DNA from: Phycisphaerales bacterium
GTDB taxonomy: Bacteria > Planctomycetota > Phycisphaerae > Phycisphaerales > UBA1924
Reading direction: 5' to 3'
DNA length: 64,000 nucleotides
NCBI GenBank assembly: GCA_965227775.1
Contig: OZ245777.1
Location: forward strand, 2,560,001-2,624,000
The position numbers and the translations under genes are program-made. Under the pieces are notes generated by a model. The model was not told where the DNA came from. It worked only from the letters and a program-made list of their open reading frames with translations, and ran no database searches. Below, piece by piece: positions 58,735-64,000 of the stretch (position 1 is its first letter; each line of letters starts with the position of its first letter).

Positions 58735-59721
58735 CTACCGCTTGCCCTCGAGTTGGCGGGCGGCGTCGATCGAGTACTGGGCCCAAGGCAACTCCTGCAG
58801 CCGCTCTTTGCGGATGGGCTTGCCGGTTGCGACGCACAAACCGAAGACGCCGTCCTCGATGCGCTTGAGCGCGGCATCGATTTCCTTGATCAGGTTGCGC
58901 TCGGCGGCCGCCAGGTCAAGCGACAGCGTCTGGTCTGCGGCGTCGCTGCCCGCGTCGGCCATGTGCTGGGGTGTCTTGCTCAGGTTGCCCGAGCCCCCTC
59001 CCGTAAGCGCGCCGCCCTCGAGACCGGTGACCTCGCTCAGAACCTCGTTGCGCTTGCGCAGGAGCACGTCGCGGAACTTCTGAAGCTCTCGCTTGTTAAA
59101 CGGGCTCTTCGTCGGGTACTTCTCAGCCTTGACGTTCGCATCGGGTTCGACACGCTGGCTCGAAGCGATGAGCGGCTTGCGTGCGGGACCGCCGGGGCTG
59201 AGCAGGCCGCCGATGCCCTCGGGCATAACCGCCGCCGGTGGCTTGGGCCGCTTGGGCCGGCTGGGGCGCGCGGGCTTCTGATTGGCGCTGTTCTGGCTGC
59301 CCTCGCTGGCGGGCGGAGGCGGAGGCGCGGCGGACGCCTGGGCCTTTGCAGACTCCACCTTGGCCGGTTCGGCGGCCTTCTTGGAGGTCTTCCTGCTCGT
59401 TTGCTTCGACGGGGCCTTCTTGGTCGAAGGCTGCTTCGTGGTCGCGGCCTTGGCTGGAGCCTTCTTTGTGGTCTTCTTCGAAGTTTTCTTCGCGACGGCC
59501 TTCTTCTTGGGGGCCGGCTTCTTTGCTGGGGCCTTCTTGGTCGTCTTCTTCGTCGTGGTCTTGGCGACCTTCTTCGTGGTCTTCTTGCTCGTCTTCTTCG
59601 ACGAGCCGCCAGCCGCCTTCTTCGTGGTCTTCTTGCTCGTCTTCTTCGATCCAGCCGCAGCGCCACCCTTGGCCTTGCCGGCCGCAGAGGACTTCGCGGA
59701 ACTGGTCTTCTTCTTGGCCAC
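58735..59721 (-). CDS. dksA: DksA/TraR-family protein with Lys/Ala/Thr-rich N-terminal extension
   Basis: HMADAGSD, IDAALKRIEDGVFGLC, RL..LPWA; N-terminal KKT/KKA repeats. Confidence 0.85.
   Translation of the reverse strand: MAKKKTSSAKSSAAGKAKGGAAAGSKKTSKKTTKKAAGGSSKKTSKKTTKKVAKTTTKKTTKKAPAKKPAPKKKAVAKKTSKKTTKKAPAKAATTKQPSTKKAPSKQTSRKTSKKAAEPAKVESAKAQASAAPPPPPASEGSQNSANQKPARPSRPKRPKPPAAVMPEGIGGLLSPGGPARKPLIASSQRVEPDANVKAEKYPTKSPFNKRELQKFRDVLLRKRNEVLSEVTGLEGGALTGGGSGNLSKTPQHMADAGSDAADQTLSLDLAAAERNLIKEIDAALKRIEDGVFGLCVATGKPIRKERLQELPWAQYSIDAARQLEGKR
59568..59649. repeat. 34-bp identical direct repeat, 48-bp period, encoding SKKTSKKTTKK
   Basis: CCTTCTTCGTGGTCTTCTTGCTCGTCTTCTTCGA at 59568-59601 and 59616-59649. 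Confidence 0.9.
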
Positions 59722-59867
59722 AGCGGCTCCGAGGGCGCGAAAACACGGCCGAAGACGAAGGCACGCGGCTACCCCGGCCGGAGGACGCCAAGAGTAGGGG
59801 GCGTCTTACCGGTCGTCAAAATACGCAAGCAAGGGAGTGCCCGGCTTCTTCGACCGGGGAACAGCCC

Positions 59868-60953
59868 TCAGGACGCGGCTTCGCCGTTTTTGCTGCGATC
59901 CTGGGCGTTTTCGGCAACCTCAGCGGCCGGTTCGAGCTCGGGCTCGATCACGTCAAAGCTCCCCAGCCGGCGGTATCGCTGGTAGCGGGCCTCAAGAAGC
60001 TCCTCCGAACCCAATTCGGTGAGCTCCTCGAGTTGGGCGATGATCCAGCGTTCGAGCCTCTGGGCCGCTTCGGCCTTGTCGCGGTGGGCCCCGCCGGCGG
60101 GCTCATCGATGACGGCATCGACCACCCCGAGCTCGAGATTGTCCCGGGCCGTGAGCTTGAGGGCCTGGGCGGCCTGGCTGTTGGTCCGTTCGTTGGCCTG
60201 CTTCCAGAGGATGGCAGCGCAGCCCTCGGGGCTTATCACCGAGTACCACGCGTGCTGGAGCATCGCAACCCGATCGCCGACGGCGATGCCCAGCGCCCCT
60301 CCCGAGCCGCCCTCCCCGATGACGACGCTCACGATGGGCACGGGCAACGCGCTCATCTCCTTGAGATTCACAGCGATAGCTTCGGCCTGGCCGCGCTGCT
60401 CTGCTTCCAATCCCGGGAACGCGCCGGGCGTGTCGACGAGTGTGACGATTGGCACGCCGAACTTAGCGGCCATCTGCATCTTCATGAGCGCCTTGCGGTA
60501 GCCTTCGGGGTGGGGGCAGCCGAAATGGCAGCGCAGCTTCTCCTGCGTGTCGCGGCCCTTGTGATGGGCGACAATCAGGCACTTGAAGTCACCGATGCGG
60601 CCGAAGCCGGTGACGATGGCTGGATCCTCGCCGCTGCGCCTGTCTCCGTGCAGCTCGGTAAAGTCGCGGCACATGGCCTCGATGTAGTCACGCCCCTGGG
60701 GCCTGTTGGGATGCCGCGCCACACGAACCGTGTTCCAGGGACTGAGCTGCTTATATAGCTCATCCATGGTCTGGCTGTGGCGGGCCAATCGATCAGCCAG
60801 CGCATGCTCTGCCTCGGCCAGTTCCGCGGGGTGGGCGCCCGGAGCGGCGTCACCCTCGCTCGTCAGCGTGTCGACACGCCGCTTGAGTTGGGCGATCTCG
60901 TCGTCCAGGGCCCGCAGGGGCTGCTCGAAGTCCAGGGTGTAATACGTCGCCAT
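59868..60953 (-). CDS. accA: Acetyl-CoA carboxylase carboxyltransferase alpha subunit
   Basis: LDFEQP, ARHPNRP, ELHGDR, PEGYRKA, DTPGAFPG, GEGGSGGAL; TAGAAT and GGAGG upstream. Confidence 0.97.
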   Translation of the reverse strand: MATYYTLDFEQPLRALDDEIAQLKRRVDTLTSEGDAAPGAHPAELAEAEHALADRLARHSQTMDELYKQLSPWNTVRVARHPNRPQGRDYIEAMCRDFTELHGDRRSGEDPAIVTGFGRIGDFKCLIVAHHKGRDTQEKLRCHFGCPHPEGYRKALMKMQMAAKFGVPIVTLVDTPGAFPGLEAEQRGQAEAIAVNLKEMSALPVPIVSVVIGEGGSGGALGIAVGDRVAMLQHAWYSVISPEGCAAILWKQANERTNSQAAQALKLTARDNLELGVVDAVIDEPAGGAHRDKAEAAQRLERWIIAQLEELTELGSEELLEARYQRYRRLGSFDVIEPELEPAAEVAENAQDRSKNGEAAS

Positions 60954-61006
60954 GAATCCTCCAACATCCGCCGGGCTGATTCTAGTTGCCGGCCGTACCG
61001 TGTGCC

Positions 61007-61882
61007 ATGCCACCCACGTCCAGCCACGTCGACGTCTGTCCACTCTTGGTCATCGGCGGAGGAGCCATGGCGAATGCCATCCTGTCGGGCGCGGCCGAGG
61101 CCGACCTGCTCGACGGGCCTTGCGTCGTCGCCGAGCCAGACGCCGACAAGCGTGCGGCGATGAGTGCGCTCGCGCCGTCGATCGATGCGGTCGAGTCGAT
61201 TGCCGATGCCTTCGATGCCCTTCCCTACGACGATGCTGCCGTGTTGCTGGCGGTCAAGCCGCAGATGCTTGGCAAGGTCGCCGAAGAGATCGACGCGTGC
61301 ATAGGTGACGAGATGCTCGACGGCCGCTGCGTCATCAGCATCCTCGCCGGCGTGACGATCGAGAAGCTGCACGAGACGCTGAAGGCCCGGGTCGTCCGCG
61401 TCATGCCCAACCTGCCGATCTCCGTCGGCCTGGGCGCAACGGCCATGAGCGGCGGCCCGAACGCAACGGGCGAAGACCTCGATCGCGCACACCGCCTGTT
61501 CGGCGCGGCGAGTGTTGTCTACGACCTGCCTGAGTCGGCTATCGACGCCTTCACCGCCGCGGCCGGCAGCGGGCCGGCGTACGCGTTCCTGCTTGCCGAG
61601 GCGATGGCGGCGGGGGCTCTCGAAGCCGGAACTGATGTCGGACTGAATGAAGCCACCACACGCGCCATCGTTGCCCAAACCCTAAGGGGCGCTGCCGAGA
61701 TGCTCGCCCGCCCGTGCAACGGTGAACTCGCCGACCCCGCGAAGCTGCGAGCCGCCGTGACGAGCAAGGGCGGAACAACCGCGGCAGCGCTCGACGTGCT
61801 CGAGGCGCGGGGCGTGCGGCACGCAGTGAGCGAGGCCGTGCTCGCGGCCGCGAGGCGGGCGGCAGAGTTGGCGGACGGTTGA
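61007..61882 (+). CDS. proC: Pyrroline-5-carboxylate reductase
   Basis: IGGGAMA, LAVKPQ, RVMPN, GSGPAY, VTSKGGTT. Confidence 0.96.
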   Translation: MPPTSSHVDVCPLLVIGGGAMANAILSGAAEADLLDGPCVVAEPDADKRAAMSALAPSIDAVESIADAFDALPYDDAAVLLAVKPQMLGKVAEEIDACIGDEMLDGRCVISILAGVTIEKLHETLKARVVRVMPNLPISVGLGATAMSGGPNATGEDLDRAHRLFGAASVVYDLPESAIDAFTAAAGSGPAYAFLLAEAMAAGALEAGTDVGLNEATTRAIVAQTLRGAAEMLARPCNGELADPAKLRAAVTSKGGTTAAALDVLEARGVRHAVSEAVLAAARRAAELADG

Positions 61883-62024
61883 TCGACTTGGACTGGATGA
61901 CAGATCCGCACGTAGCAACTGTCAGCTGACTAGTCGCAAGAATTGCGTGCAGATTGATCAGCCGCTGACAATGGCCGTTGATGGGTTAAGCGTGGACGTG
62001 AACGTGGACGACGGAGGATGGGCA

Positions 62025-62402
62025 ATGACCCGACGCCGAAAGCTCCTGGTCGCCCTTGGCCTCTTGCAACTTAGCCTTTGGTTCGGCAGCTGGACTCCCT
62101 ACTTCGCGCACTATATCAAGGCCGGCGAGCAGCGAATCTGGGGCACCGTCGAAGAAGCAGTCGCCGGCCTGGAGCGCGAGCATTGGCTCGTCGAACGCGA
62201 GACAAGCGAATTTACCACGTCAGTCGATGGCCTGATCTATGTGCCGGTGCGTCAAGAGGTCCATCGCAAGCGCGAGATTGCGTGGCTGCCGATCGTGAGT
62301 CTCGGCGGACTGGGTCTTGTCTTCATCGCCCTCGGTCTGCTGCCCGACCGCTGGCTTGAACGCCCCGCCATGCACATTGAAGACGCGCCAGCCGAACATT
62401 GA
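62025..62402 (+). CDS. Hypothetical two-TM membrane protein
   Basis: GGAGG upstream; two hydrophobic segments. Confidence 0.6.
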   Translation: MTRRRKLLVALGLLQLSLWFGSWTPYFAHYIKAGEQRIWGTVEEAVAGLEREHWLVERETSEFTTSVDGLIYVPVRQEVHRKREIAWLPIVSLGGLGLVFIALGLLPDRWLERPAMHIEDAPAEH

Positions 62403-62554
62403 GCAGTACATGGCGACCGTCCTCAACGATGTAGACACGGTCACCGCGAGCGTCCGGCCGAGTTCCCTACGTGCGGGAATAACTGGTTCGACATGTCGTG
62501 CCAACGATGAATGGTGTTATTGGTGAAGCGTCGGGCCGATCAGGCGAGGTCACG

Positions 62555-62995
62555 ATGATGCGATCGCGACTGCCGTGCATAGATGACCGGGGTGTGCTTG
62601 CACCCTCGGGGTGGCTGACATCTAAGAGGGACATGCGGCGGGCGGGCATCGATGCTTCCACAAGACGGATCGCATTGCGAGGTGCGGCCCGCGAGTCGGG
62701 CCGATATGGCGGACGCATGGGTCTCATCATGTGCATTCCGATCATTGCCACCATCGCCATCTTAGAACCAGCGCCCTACATCCTGAAGATCGCGGCGGTC
62801 GCCCTCTTGGCCGAGTTGGCACGCTCCATCGCATGGCCCAAGTGGCGGCTCCGTTTCGCCGAGCTTCTGCGCACGGGTTGGTTGGTGCAAGGCCGCTGCC
62901 CCGCGTGTGGCACGGTGATCGCCGAGCTGGACCCCGAAGCCGACGGCTGCCGGGTCTGCCCCGAGTGCGGCGCAGCGTGGAGGATCGAAGCGTGA
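62555..62995 (+). CDS. Membrane protein with C-terminal zinc ribbon
   Basis: GAGG RBS; TMs then CPACG...EADGCRVCPECGAAW. Confidence 0.7.
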   Translation: MMRSRLPCIDDRGVLAPSGWLTSKRDMRRAGIDASTRRIALRGAARESGRYGGRMGLIMCIPIIATIAILEPAPYILKIAAVALLAELARSIAWPKWRLRFAELLRTGWLVQGRCPACGTVIAELDPEADGCRVCPECGAAWRIEA

Positions 62996-63089
62996 CTCAG
63001 CTCCACGCCATCGAGGTCCACCAGTTGCCATTCGCGCCTCCCTTCCCAGAGTGCGGAACCACCAATCCAATGCTCGCGAAGCGCACTGC

Positions 63090-63467
63090 ATGAGCGTCGC
63101 GGTCATCAAGGATGGGCGGGGCGAGAAGCGCGAAGCCGCGGGCTCGCTGCATACGCCGCCCCTGGGGCTGAAGGATCGCATCCCGACGGGACTCGGCCTG
63201 GCGTTGATCGCGATCTCGATCGCGTTCGTCTTCGCCGGGGCGTTGGCCATCTTCGTCGTAGGCGGGTGCTTTGCCATCTGGATGCTGTGGTGGTTCATCG
63301 CCGGCCGTCAGCAAGCGGCCGAGAGCCTGGTCGCCCATGGCACGTGCGCGTGCTGCGAGTATGAGCTCGTTGGTCTGCCGATCGAGCCAGATGGGTGCGT
63401 GGTCTGCCCTGAGTGCAGCGCGGCATGGAAGGTACACGCCAGCGAGGAGACATCCAGGACTAACTGA
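63090..63467 (+). CDS. Membrane protein with C-terminal zinc ribbon (paralogue)
   Basis: TMs then CACCEYELVGL...EPDGCVVCPECSAAW. Confidence 0.7.
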   Translation: MSVAVIKDGRGEKREAAGSLHTPPLGLKDRIPTGLGLALIAISIAFVFAGALAIFVVGGCFAIWMLWWFIAGRQQAAESLVAHGTCACCEYELVGLPIEPDGCVVCPECSAAWKVHASEETSRTN

Positions 63468-64000
63468 TCAGCCTCTGCTGGCCCGTCGTGCGATGATCGC
63501 CGTGGGCTTCTCGCCAAGGCGTAGCACGAAGAGCGTGTACTCGTCTTCGCCCGTTCCGCGAAGGTCCTTCTGGAGCGCATCGGGATCAATCAGCTTGGCT
63601 CGGGTCTTGACCGTCACGATGCCCGCACCCAGATCTCGCAACCGGGCCTTCACGGCCCTGCGCTTCCACGGCATCGCGTCCAACACGTCGAACCGAGTCA
63701 GCCACGGTGATTCAACGATGTCCTCGCCCGTCAGCACGCCAACAGCCGGGTGGATCGGACGAAGCCCGTGCGTCATCGCAAACGCCCCGAGCAGTGAGCC
63801 GCGCTCGAGCGCGGGGTCAGCCTCGTACAGGTGCGCAAGCACGGGTTGTTCTGGACCGCTCGAGTCGTACCAATCGTCGAGTTCGATGAGCGGTCCGGGC
63901 TGGGCAAAAAATTGGTGCCCACCCGTCAGCATGGTCGCAACGCGGTGTCCCGGGCCTACGCCCTGCGACGCCGAGAGCGTGCCTGACCAGAGCAGCGCTT
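63468..64000 (-). CDS. C-terminal THUMP-like domain, probably of a SAM methyltransferase; partial
   Basis: Frame open to the edge; LYEADPALER..LL, LTG, VTVKTR. Confidence 0.7.
   Translation of the reverse strand, partial: ALLWSGTLSASQGVGPGHRVATMLTGGHQFFAQPGPLIELDDWYDSSGPEQPVLAHLYEADPALERGSLLGAFAMTHGLRPIHPAVGVLTGEDIVESPWLTRFDVLDAMPWKRRAVKARLRDLGAGIVTVKTRAKLIDPDALQKDLRGTGEDEYTLFVLRLGEKPTAIIARRASRG

Noticed and set aside
59380..59720. CTT-rich tandem repeats as a non-coding repeat array
   Set aside because: They are lysine codons of the DksA N-terminal tail on the minus strand

Overview
High-GC bacterial chromosome segment. Five C-terminal GC-type dockerin-like proteins, a prepilin-type (DUF1559-like) protein, a lysine-rich DksA and two ECF/anti-sigma pairs point to Planctomycetota, probably Phycisphaerales (inferred from gene content only). 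About 50 protein genes are supported: housekeeping (surE, phosphohexomutase, pepA, tyrS, katG, lspA, dksA, accA, proC), an RND pump, a TetR-regulated ABC/MFP/OMF exporter, a Maf/NeuA/sulfotransferase cluster near flgM, and secreted proteins. I found no rRNA, tRNA, CRISPR array, transposase or integrase. Best leads: (1) an ABC-less type-I-like export operon (DUF3467 / GAF-HlyD / M50-HlyD / truncated SecA); (2) a divergent prepilin-like gene versus surface protein + heme oxygenase sharing a Fur-like box, a possible TonB-independent heme uptake module; (3) a structured leader with a 5-codon uORF before an RNHCP gene; (4) a ~170-nt rod-like RNA between a lipoprotein gene and flgM; (5) many genes with a -10 hexamer 5-8 nt before the start codon, suggesting leaderless mRNAs. 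All calls are by eye; no searches or folding programs were run.
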